The notes beneath the pieces are model-generated. The model saw only the letters and a list, made by a program, of their open reading frames with translations. It did not search any database and was not told where the DNA came from. This document shows positions 17,857-28,715 of a stretch of DNA of 64,000 nucleotides, one piece after another (positions within the stretch are counted from its first letter, which is position 1; each line of letters opens with the position of its first letter). A program made the translations under genes and the position numbers. Where the stretch lies: the NCBI RefSeq assembly GCF_009914755.1, contig NC_060930.1, one strand, 5' to 3'. The stretch comes from the human T2T-CHM13v2.0 reference genome, Homo sapiens.

Positions 17857-18899
17857 GCAGATAAGTTGTGTGTGTGTGTGTGCATGTATACGTGTGTGTG
17901 TGTCCGTCTGTGTAGGGAAATACCGTGGAAAGTTACTATTTGTTATAGCCATTTTATCATATATTTTATGAGATTTTATCTTTTCAAGTCAACTTTGCAT
18001 GTGCTTTGTGTTGAAAGACCTGAGTTTGAACATTCATACCATATTTGGAATATGGGAATGTAACGATACCTAATTTAAGCAGTTGTGAGAAGCAAATGGA
18101 ATAATGTATCTGAATCCATTTAATAAACTGTTCAACATTGTAAACATGCTGTTAGTAGTATCATAACTGTGTGAAGAGGCAGAAAACACTTTGGACTGGG
18201 GGATGGAAATCTTGGCCAGGGTTCAGTATTCACTTGACTTCCCGGCCATAACATCGAATGAATGGCCAGGACTCTCTTTGAGTAAATGAGCTTCTGAGAG
18301 GCTCCTAAAGAGGCGACCCCCATCCCTCACAGCTGAGAAGAGTGTGATCATCGTTTAAGGTTAAGGTCCAGGTTGGAAGACCTCCCCAGATTTAAACCTT
18401 GCTACAAAGTATTCTTTCATTTACTTTGAACCCTTCCTTCATTTACATCCCTTTAGGAACCAGGCCCTGTAGTGCTCAAGGAGGGTGGGAGAGTGAAACG
18501 AAAAGGAGTGAGATGCTGCTTCTGTTCTCGAGGACTTCACAGTCAACTTGCGGTAAGTGCTGCAGGGAGATGGCTGTAGTGGCTTTGGGAGTGTGCACAC
18601 TTTTCCAACAGAAAGTACCAGGAACCCTGCCTGGGGAAGGCTTCCTGGAGGAGGTGAGGTGGAGCTGGTCCACGAAAATTGAGTGGGATTTCCAAGACAT
18701 CAGTCTTTCGCGGGAAAAGAGAAATTAGGGCATGGTTTTAATTTAGTAAATATTTATTAATCAAGTACCCCATTCTAGGGTCCGTGCTAAGTGTCTGGGG
18801 TTGGTAGAGTCAGGAAGTATAAAATCAACTTAAGACATTTGGGAAAGATCTCCCTTTGTAGTAAGGAAGTTGAATCTGTACACAATGAAAGGAAACAAG

Positions 18900-19460
18900 G
18901 TAAAAGGCGCGAAGTCCATGACCATGACGAGGGCTGTGAGAACTGTAAATAGGGATTTGGGCAGTCCCGGCTGATTCTGAATAAAAGTCCGGAGGGGCGT
19001 TACTTTCGGGTCTCGGCCTGTGTGTCCCCAGCCCTTTGTTGTCCCCTCCGCAGGAAGGTGAAGGCTGTTTATGTAATCGGCGGCGCCTCGCGGGCGACTG
19101 GGGGAACTGGATGGGGGAGCCTGGCCAGGGCTGACTGAGCGCCCCTGGAATCCGTGCTCCGGGCGTTGGCTCACTCCCGCCCCGACACCTGGGCCCGCCC
19201 TCCCGCTGCGCAGCCACGCGACGGGCAGCAGCGTGGGCTGGCGGGCGACTCCCCACGCCTCCTGCAACACCGCCCTCTCCCTACCGGAGCGAGGAGGCAG
19301 GAAAAGCCTAGAGACGCCTGGTCCCATCCGCCTACCCAGTCCCCAGCCGGCCTGAAGGGAGGAAGAGGAAGGAACCCATAATCATCCCAAACTGGCGCAA
19401 ATGGTGGGTTTTACTGTCCAGAGGTCATTTCGTCTCTGCGTTTCCAACCTCCTCGCCCTT
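18900..19460. promoter_or_regulatory. CpG island
   Basis: Dense CpGs and GC boxes (CCCGCCC) in non-repeat sequence. Confidence 0.75.
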
Positions 19461-20151
19461 TTACTTTTTTTGGGCTCACTCAGGAAACTGGAGCAGTCCT
19501 TCTCTGGGTTTAACTTCAGTCCCTCACATGGCAACACTAGGAATGATCAAGACTTTTGTTGCGGGTAGTGGTGATGTGGGTTTGAGAGGAGGATGCATCT
19601 GGTCGTGGGATTAATTTTGGTTTCTGAGTATTATGAAGAACTAGAAAAGTTTTGCGTATGTCGGTTTTCAGGATGGGGTTCAGATGGGTCAAAGCCCTGT
19701 GCAGGTCCACGGGGGCTGCAGGAGGTAAAATGGAGGAGGAGACAGGCGGACAAGCTGGGGTCAGTGGTCCACTCCCCTGTGTCTGTCTTAACCGAGATGC
19801 AGCTGGATGCTTGCACGTGGCAGCTTTTTCAACCACCTGTTGATAGACGTTCGTTTCCAGTCTTATCCTGTTACCAACTGTGCTGCAATGAACAGCCTTG
19901 TGTATAGCCTTTTAGTGTATTTGAGCCTTTCTTTTCGACCCAGGCATATTGTAAGGAGAGAGGAACTGAGATAGAAGGAATATTTAAAGCAGGGTCAGAG
20001 AAATCAGGACTGGATCAGGAGGAAGCCCGAAGGGTGTAACCTTCCCATAGGGCTGCTGGAAGCCTAGCTTCAACCCTTCCAGCTGCAGCACATCCCAAAC
20101 TGGGGCGAGAAGCGAGTGAGGAGGAGATGCAGAGGAAGGCAAAGAACAACT

Positions 20152-20672
20152 CTAGCGACCCAGGGTGATCCGGGTGCCGGAAAACAGAAGCTGGAAAAAG
20201 GAGATCTGCCCCGGAAAGGAGGCATGGAAAGTGTAGATGTGGGTCCTCGAGGTGGCGTCGTAGAAGACTACCTCTCCGCCCTAGTAATCCACGCGGACGC
20301 CCACTTTGTTCGGACAGACCGGGAGATCCTCGCGGGAACCGCTCTCGATGAGCGCCTGGCACTGGGAGCCGCTGCTGTGCAGCTCCACGAAGCCGGTCAA
20401 GGGCTCCACCTCCAGGAAGCCCCGCCTGGGAACCAGCTCCAAGGCCAAGCCCAGCACGCAGGCCCCGCCCCCGGGCCCTTGGAGCTCCGCCTCCCAGGCG
20501 CCGCGGCCGGAGCAAAGGCCCAGCGAGCCCAGCACTCAGCGGAACCTGTAGAAGCGTCGGGGGTTGCCCCGCTTCTGCGAACCGCCCTGGGATGCGAGGT
20601 TCAGCGTCACTATCTCATCCTGGGAAAGGATGAGATCCGGGTGGGCCGAGGCTGCGTCCAGTGTCACAGGGG
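20152..20672 (-). pseudogene. Relic PRY-SPRY (B30.2) exon, the former terminal exon of TRIM31
   Basis: One frame: APVTLDAASAHPDLILSQDE..NPRRFYRFR*VLGSLGLCSGRGAWEAE..CVLGLA..KVGVRVDY*GGEVVFYDATSRTHIYTFHASFPGQISFF..RITLGR*. Contains the B30.2 motifs TLD-TAHP-L-LS, RF--CVLG, WEVE-like, and GV-LDYE-G-V-FY. Confidence 0.92.
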
Positions 20673-21188
20673 CCGTGTGAAGATGAGGAGAAAGAGGTGG
20701 CCAACCCCGGGTCAAGTTGTCCAAACCCCCTACCTTCCTCTGATACCCCCGTCCCACCACCCGCCCCGCTGGATGCCGCCAGAGAGGCTTTCTCTTCCCA
20801 GTCACAGCCTTTGTGGTCCCCAGAGAAGTCTTAGGCCCGGCCCCGCCTCCTCCTCCTCAAAGTTAATCCCTAAATTTCACAATGTGTTGTTCTGTGGGCG
20901 CAGAGAGAAGTTCTTCATTGGTGGTGGTGGTGAGATCATTTCAACACCCGAAGATGAGACCATCTCTTCCTTGTCCATTTCCCGTGGCCCCTAATTCCCA
21001 TGTCTAAGACAAGAATTGAGTCTAGTATAAGAGGTGTCAAGGCTCAGACTTTCTGAGGGCCAGTAATTTTCTAAAGTGGAGTTCCTCAAACACAGGGATG
21101 AGTGAAAGTGTTGGAATACAAAAGGAGGAATAGTCATCCCCCGCCACACACACATACACTTTTACTAGGATTCCACGTTCAGTCGCAG

Positions 21189-21194
21189 TTTATT
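21189..21194 (-). terminator. TRIM31: Poly(A) signal AATAAA of TRIM31
   Basis: TTTATT on +, ~615 nt past the stop codon, with GT-rich sequence further downstream on - (21145-21160). Confidence 0.8.
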
Positions 21195-21516
21195 AAAGTT
21201 AGAAGTGTCTCCATCCACCCCCTACAGAGGCTTGCGTGGTGGTTCCAGTCTGCTAAATATTTCAGAATGGGGACCTCATTCTATCTACTGATTTATCAAA
21301 TCTCATTAATTAATTTCCCTTGCTGATATGAGGGGTTGGGAGAGAAGGGGGACGTGGGAATGTAAGGAAGAGCGAGAGTGGTCGGGCTCATGGGGTTTGA
21401 TGGACTGTGACCCAGGCTGGCGTTGCTCGTCTCTGGATTTCACTCCTGGCTGAACTGGTGCCTTCGGTAAACAGCTGCTTAAAGAGTGCGGGGACTGCTG
21501 CAGGGACTTCCTTTTT

Positions 21517-21530
21517 CCACTAGGCGGCAC
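21517..21530 (+). promoter_or_regulatory. Candidate CTCF site with upstream TGCAG motif
   Basis: CCACTAGGCGGCAC core; TGCAG at 21499-21503, 13 nt upstream of the core. Confidence 0.6.
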
Positions 21531-21809
21531 CACAGCCAAAGTGATAAGAAGTCAAGCGTGGGGCGGGTGGCTGGAGATTGTCTCTTCCCCTCCTTTTGCT
21601 CAAGAACTCGTCCATTCCTTCTCCAACTCTCTTCACCACCACCCCCGCCCCCATCTCCACTCTCAGTAGCCCGAGCCCTCCCATTCTCCACTCCTTCGAC
21701 CCAATTCCACTAAGTCAAGAACCGTGGTCGGTCTCAGCCACTCACTCAGCGCCACTCTATGCTCCGAAGTCCGTGGAGCACCACCGCTCCCCGTGTTCTC
21801 TGAGCTGGC

Positions 21810-22063
21810 TTAGCTTGAAGGAACCTTACAAAACCAAGCCCGGATCGCTGTCAGCCACTCACTCAGTGCCGCATGGAGCTCCTCGGACAGCGCAACGTCA
21901 AATGTCTTCGTATCCTGAGAGCTCGCTCCTTGACCAGAAATCTCATCATAAGAGGCCAGGAGACATACTGGAAAAGTGACTTTCCCAGCAGACGAGGCCC
22001 GAAACAGGGAGTGGGATGGGGCTGAAGAGTGGTGATTTGGTGGCCCCGATGTAGTTCTGCCGC
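21810..22063 (-). CDS. TRIM31: TRIM31 exon 9 coding part (residues 342-425)
   Basis: Acceptor ...TCCCGCAAAG|GCGGCAGA, phase 1; encodes GGRTTSGPPNHH...AWFCKVPSS then TAA at 21812-21810. Confidence 0.93.
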
Positions 22064-22375
22064 CTTTGCGGGAGAAGGAAAGGAGAAAAGAGGTCAGCGG
22101 GAGCACCTCGGCAGCAATCCTCCATTGCCAGACAGCACAGCTGAGCTCTACATACAGCAGGAGGGATGGAGGTGAAACTCAAGAAAGTACACCTGAACAA
22201 GTCGGAGCGCCCTCTGTTTCCTGGCAGAGGTGTAATTTGGGGAGGAACTGAGGAAATGGAATAAATGAATTCATTCATTTATTCATTTATTCCATTTAGT
22301 GGAATTGGGTGGATACAGCATTTTGACCACCTGTAGACTTAGAGGTCCCTTAGTATTCAGAGACAGGACTCTTAC

Positions 22376-22441
22376 CTGCAGAAGATGACCCGGGCTCTGA
22401 GGTTTTGTTCATTTTATGATTATTTTTCTGTAACAAGCCCC
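22376..22441 (-). CDS. TRIM31: TRIM31 exon 8 (66 nt)
   Basis: TTTTAG|GGGGC...GCAG|GTAAG; encodes WGLLQKNNHKMNKTSEPGSSSA; phase 1/1. Confidence 0.93.
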
Positions 22442-23441
22442 CTAAAAATTGGGGAGAGAAAACCTATTTGGTCTTGATAACCAGAAGCTGCAAATTAAAA
22501 ACAAAAACAAGCACCCTGCCATCATCAATCAGAACAGTCAATGGTTCTCAGTGGGACCCATTCCCCACCCAGGGGGAAGTGTGGAAACCTTTCAGGTTGT
22601 CTCAGTGACAACAAGAGTGTGGTTCTCTACTGGCTTATAGGGCTTTCTGGGGCCTGGGATACTAAGCATTTAACAGGGCAAAAGTCATGGAGCATAACAA
22701 AGATGGCCTTTCTAAACACCGGTAGCTCCTTTTGTGGAGAAATGCTGGTGGAATAGGATCCCTAAATCCTGCTCTCTGGCTTTGGAATGCATTCTGTAGT
22801 TTCTGGCTTTGGAGAAAGGAGTTCTAATTCTCTCTCTTTCACTTAATGATCATATGACCTGGGTAACTTACCTCCCCTCCCGGAAGCTACATGGACCTCA
22901 CTGTAAGTTGCAGATAATAACACCTATCTTGGAGGATAGTTGTGGGGTTTTGAAATATTAGATGCGCACATAGTGGTCCTTTAAGAAATGGTACTTCTAC
23001 TGTTATTATCTTAGGTGGCAGAACCATATCTAATGACTTTAGCACAGGCTGTTATTACAGTGGGTCTCCATCCCCTGAGCTGTACTGACCTCACACCCAG
23101 AGGAGTTTGCCTCGAAACCTGGTGCCCTGTAGGGGCAGCAAATACTACAGAGGTGGAGCTGCCTCCTTCTTGTCCCACTTTTTCCTCCCTGTCTCTAGGA
23201 GTGAAGAAATACATTTGCAATTTTCTATTACTTCTGAATACTTCAAAGTTTGGGATTAGTGACTGTTTTGTGAGTTACCTGAGTTTAAAATAATAAAACA
23301 ACCATATGCCTGTTCTCTCAATTGGCTGAGGAATCGGCATTCACTTATATCTGGCCTTCATGTAATCATAGAGACACAATTCTTCCCCTTTTCTCACTTT
23401 CCCCAAATGGCAGAAGCAACCAACCATCATTTCTCACTTAC

Positions 23442-23516
23442 AGCTCTTCATGTCATTTTTATTCATGCTTTTGAAGAATCTGTTTTCATCTTTTTTCCTA
23501 TCAGCCTGGAGTTGGT
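23442..23516 (-). CDS. TRIM31: TRIM31 exon 7 (75 nt)
   Basis: CCCCAG|ACCAA...AGCT|GTAAGT; encodes DQLQADRKKDENRFFKSMNKNDMKS. Confidence 0.93.
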
Positions 23517-23715
23517 CTGGGGAATAAAGAATGGGATGAAATGGTGAGAGTCCAGAGGGGTTGAGCAAAGAACTCACTATCACACAGCAAGGCACTAATT
23601 TGAAATGCCTGGGAGAAGTAGAAGCTGCATTTGACTCTCATATTCTTATTGGACCAGGAAGGTATGCAACCCTTGAGAGATGCCCTTTCTGCTTTCCTGT
23701 GGTGACTGCCTAGCC

Positions 23716-24042
23716 CAGCACTGTCCAGTATGAATGATGAATGTAATCTGAGTCACGAATGTGAGCCACTTATATATTTTTAAATTTTCTAGTAGTCACC
23801 TTTAAAAAGTAGAAAGAAACTAGTAAAATTAACTTTAATTATATATTTTATTTAACTCAATATTCTCAAAATGTTATTTCAACATGTATTATAAAAATTA
23901 TTGCTATCTTTTACAGTCTCTTTTTACACTCAATCTTGTGAAATTAATGATTCTTCACATATAGCATGTTTAAATTTGGACTAGCTACATTTCAAGTGCC
24001 TGTCAGCACATGTGGCTAGCAGCTACTAAATTGGACAGTGCA
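23716..24042 (+). mobile_element. MER33-like hAT-Charlie MITE
   Basis: TIRs CAGCACTGTCCA ... TTGGACAGTGCAG. Confidence 0.8.
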
Positions 24043-25077
24043 GAGCTAGCCCCTTTCTCACTGCCTGACAAAGGTAGGTGCTCAGGACAAAGAGTGCCTT
24101 GAGGCTTCACCCTTTAGCTTCAGAAGGCCTACTGTAGGGCTAACCACCCAGGAGCCAGGTGGGGTAAGGGGGGGCCCCACTCTCCTAAAGCCTGGATGGC
24201 AGTCCTGCCCTCTTTCCCATGAAAGAGGGCTTGAGAGGGGGAACGAAGACAGAGCTCCTGCAAGGGGAGGCCGAGTGCCTTCATCTCCCAGTTCACCCCT
24301 GCCAGAAGAGACTCCTTTTGCAGGTAGAGGATGAGCCCAGAAGTTGGGGACAATGGCCCATTCCTGGCCTAGATTTCCTGTAGGGGTGCTGGACTGAGTG
24401 GAGAACTATAGGGTGGAGCCCCTAGATGGGGAGCTACTTCTGGCCCCAGCACCCTTCCCCCAGTGTCTTGCAGCCCCAAGACAGCACAAGACAGCCTGGG
24501 GCTAGGTAGTGGGACAAGCGTGGGCAGCTTCCCTGAGAGCCACCAGCCCAGTCATGGGGACTGCTCAGGGGAGACGCGGGGGCCCTCTTAGGAGGGGTCT
24601 GCAAACCTAGAGCATAGGAAACACTGCCTGGGAGCACTTCACCTACAAGGGCCTTTAGCAGCTTCAGGGCCCAGCCACACCCTTCTCCACGTACGTGTTC
24701 CAGACCCAGTCACCCCGAGCAGGGAGAACCAACCCTCATAATAAGAACTGTGGAGATTGGACCTGTGGTATAAGTAGACTCCCTACCACCTCCTGTATTT
24801 CCTAGGCTTTAATAGGGCCAGGTGGCCATTGTGCCTTCTTCTTTGGGGTAAAAATAAAATAAAAATAAGAGAAAAAAAAAAGAAGGAAATAGGGCCAGGT
24901 GGGAGTTGGGGGACTGTGTGTGTGTGAGTTTGTGTATGTGAAAGAGGGAAAGAAAAGGGGGATACAGAGTAGAGCACACCAGTCTCCCCAACTCCAAACC
25001 TGATGAAGTGGAAAGGGCTGGGCTCCTTTATTGAAATTCCAAACTAGAACCAAGCTATTCTTGACCTGAAGAGCCTA

Positions 25078-25486
<409 letters not shown>

Positions 25487-26327
25487 TCAGACAACAAAAT
25501 TAAGAATAAAACAAAACATGCTTTCCTGTTTATGTCTGCCGAGTGGAGATTCCCGGCTGAATGGGTGGAGATCTTGGGGCATTGCCCTGGTCCTCCTTTT
25601 CCGTAGTCCCAAGGGGAAGTGTTTGTGTATGGGGGGCTGGGGGTTGGGGTGGGGGAGGTGGGTGTGGAACTCCAGGTGATAATTTCAGAAGATTCCATCT
25701 AGCTGTCTTTATGCCCACCTTAGACCAACACAGTCTTCACATTAAGGGGAGTCCTTACAAATACTAACCCTTCTTCCTAGTTGCAAACACAGAAAGGTTT
25801 ATGAAAAATATCTGGCCGAACATCTAAAACCCAAGTCATCCACTACTGTTCTGCTGATTTCTGTTTCCCTGTAAGGCTGGAAGAGGTTTCTCCCCAGAAT
25901 GTCACTGATTTTGAATTTATTTTCTCTTCTTCTGTAGGCAGGAGGAGACACCAGTGTGCACCAGAGAAGGAGAAGTCAGAGATGACAGTCCCTGCCTGAG
26001 GCCATCTCTGGTCCACCAGACAACTCATCACCAACTTCCCAACAGCCACTGCTCTAGGCCAGGTGTCCACATGGGGAATAGGTCCAGGCCCTCTATGGCT
26101 CTCGCAGGAGTCAGGGAGGCAGATAAATAACATATCACGAAGACAGAATATAAGAAATGCCTGGGAGGAGGCATACTGATGCGTGGAAAGTACTCAGCCA
26201 GAAGCCTGGCACTAGAAGGGCCCAGGGATTGTTGGCATGTATGAGTCACAGTTCCATTTCAGTGGAGTGAGCAGGGAGAGAATCTCCTGGAAGTAGGTGA
26301 ATAGAGAAAATACAGCCTCTTCCTTAC

Positions 26328-26443
26328 CTTTGAATTTTTTCAGGCTCCCTGTGATGGAGTCGTGTCTTGATTTTGCTTCACTGAGTTTTTTCTCCAGTTC
26401 CAGAGGAACAGGGGTTGGGTTGAGAAACTGAAACTCTTCACTT
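26328..26443 (-). CDS. TRIM31: TRIM31 exon 6 (116 nt)
   Basis: CCTAG|AAGT...AAAG|GTAAG; encodes SEEFQFLNPTPVPLELEKKLSEAKSRHDSITGSLKKFK. Confidence 0.95.
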
Positions 26444-26478
26444 CTAGGAAGATGTGGTTGAGCTGGTTGGTGAGATCA

Positions 26479-26853
<375 letters not shown>

Positions 26854-27294
26854 GAAGACCTGGCGGTTAAGGGATAGTGAGCTGGGAGTCAGAAAGTCAG
26901 GGCTAGGGATATGGGGCAGGAGTGAGGTAGGGCATAGGGAGATATGGAAATGAAGATGGGAGATGGAGACAGAGAGGAGGGAAAAAAACAGGGTCAGGGA
27001 GACAGAGTAGGGGACCCAGGAGCTATTCAGTTGAGCAAGGGGGCATTCAGGAAATAGTAGAATCTGTGCTGAAGAAGGAGGAAGGCTGAGAAAACAGCTG
27101 GTTTCTTTAACAACCAACCACGTGCTAATATGGTTGGCATAGGCATTCCCCAGCTGCAGCCTAAATGTATGAATGCAGAGTTAGAGGTGGGTGGGTATTT
27201 CTGAGAGAGGAATGTTGACTGCATTTGGATATACGCTGAGAATTGTATGTGGATGAATCAGTAGGCAAAATACATTTGGGGTGGCCCATCATAC

Positions 27295-27317
27295 CTGCAC
27301 AAGACGACTTTGATATC
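27295..27317 (-). CDS. TRIM31: TRIM31 exon 5 (23 nt)
   Basis: TTCTAG|GATATCAAAGTCGTCTTGTGCAG|GTATG; the canonical 23-nt TRIM exon, DIKVVLCR. Confidence 0.95.
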
Positions 27318-27742
27318 CTAGAAGAGAAAGAGAAACAGCACAGCCTCAGCACTTGGCTGATTCCCAGGAGCCAAGGAGGAGATACAGAGCCTGCTGGGTG
27401 TGGGGCAGAGCAGGAGGAGTAAGAACCCCTCCAAGTCTCTCTTACCCCATCCTCCTCCCCTCTCCCCACCACGAAGGGCTTCTCCAAGAAGCACTGCTCT
27501 GCCAGTAAGCAGAAAAGTGTTTTGACCTCAAGAAGAACTGAGTGAAGAAGAGAAGAGTGAGATTTAGAAGATGAATTTGGCTCTGAGACTGAACAAGGGA
27601 GCCTGCTAGCCAGGGCAGGAGAAAGGCTAGAATGGCTTTGCATGATCTTTCTTAAAATAAATAAATAGGTTTTTGAACCTGTGGGAGAATAGATGACTTG
27701 AGGAGGAATCATCTCAGCTTATTTTAAGCACCAGCTAGACTT

Positions 27743-28600
27743 GCACTGTCCAATATGGTAGCCACCAACCACATGTGGCTACTGAACATTGGAAATTGTG
27801 GCTAGTGTGACAAAGAACTGAATTTTTAATTTCATTTTTACTAATTCAAATTTAAATTAAAAATAGAGGCCAGGCACGGTGGTTCACGCCTGTAATCCCA
27901 GCACTTTGGGAGGCTGAGGTGGGCAGATCACTTGAGGTCAGGAGTTCGAGACCATCCTGGCCAACATGGTAAAACCCCGTGTCTGCTAAGAATACAAAAA
28001 TTAGCTGGGCGTGGTGGTGGGGACCTGTAATCCCAGCTACTTGGGACTTGGGCCTAGGAGGCGGAAGTTGTAGTGCGCCAAAATCGCGCCACTGTACTCC
28101 AGCCTGGGCAACAGAGCAAGATTCCATCTCAAAAAATAAAATAAAATAAATAGAAGAAGGGTAAAGTACTTTTTCCATTAAACACAACTTTATTGATTTG
28201 GTAAGACTATATTTTACTTTAACAATTGACAATTTAGCATCTGAATTGAGATGTGCCAAAGTGAAAAATATACACACAATTTCAAAGACTCAGTGTAAAA
28301 AAAAAAAAAAAAAAACCACCAAAAACCCAGAATGTGAAATATCTCATTAATACTTTTAAAATATTCATTACAGGCTGAAAGGATAATATTTCAGATATAT
28401 TGAGTTAAAATATTTTATTAAAATTAATTTCACTTTTATCATTTTAATGTGACTAACTAGAAAAATTTGTAATTCCATATGTGGCTGAAACTACATTTCT
28501 AAATCACACATGTGGCCAGAATTATATTTATGAATTACATATGTGGCTCACATTTTCATTCTAATACATGCGGCTCACATATTGCTATTGGACAGCACTG
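27743..28600 (-). mobile_element. MER33-like element interrupted by an Alu
   Basis: TIRs GCACTGTCCAAT ... ATTGGACAGCACTG. Confidence 0.75.
27868..28152 (+). mobile_element. Alu with internal deletion (TRIM31 intron 4)
   Basis: Right arm lacks the GAGGCTGAGGCAGGAGAATC segment. Confidence 0.93.
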
Positions 28601-28715
28601 GGCTAGAGGTAGGATGGTTGGGGCAATCTCAGGTATTCTGCCAGTGGTCCATGCTCTGACCTGAGACTAGGGATGGGCTGCTACCTCTCTGCAATTCTGC
28701 CCCCAAGGGACTCAC

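Noticed and set aside
20536-20538. In-frame TGA at a Cys position as possible selenocysteine or readthrough
   Set aside because: A second stop (TAG) and the dead acceptor also disable the exon, and I see no SECIS. A simple nonsense mutation suffices.
20152-20805. Relic as a standalone single-domain gene or processed pseudogene
   Set aside because: No ATG in frame at the domain start, and no poly(A) tail or TSD. It has a pyrimidine tract at the exon boundary and matches the phase of TRIM31 exon 8.
20116-20994. 292-aa plus-strand ORF, the longest in the track
   Set aside because: Antisense shadow of the GC-rich B30.2 relic; non-ATG start and no domain motifs.
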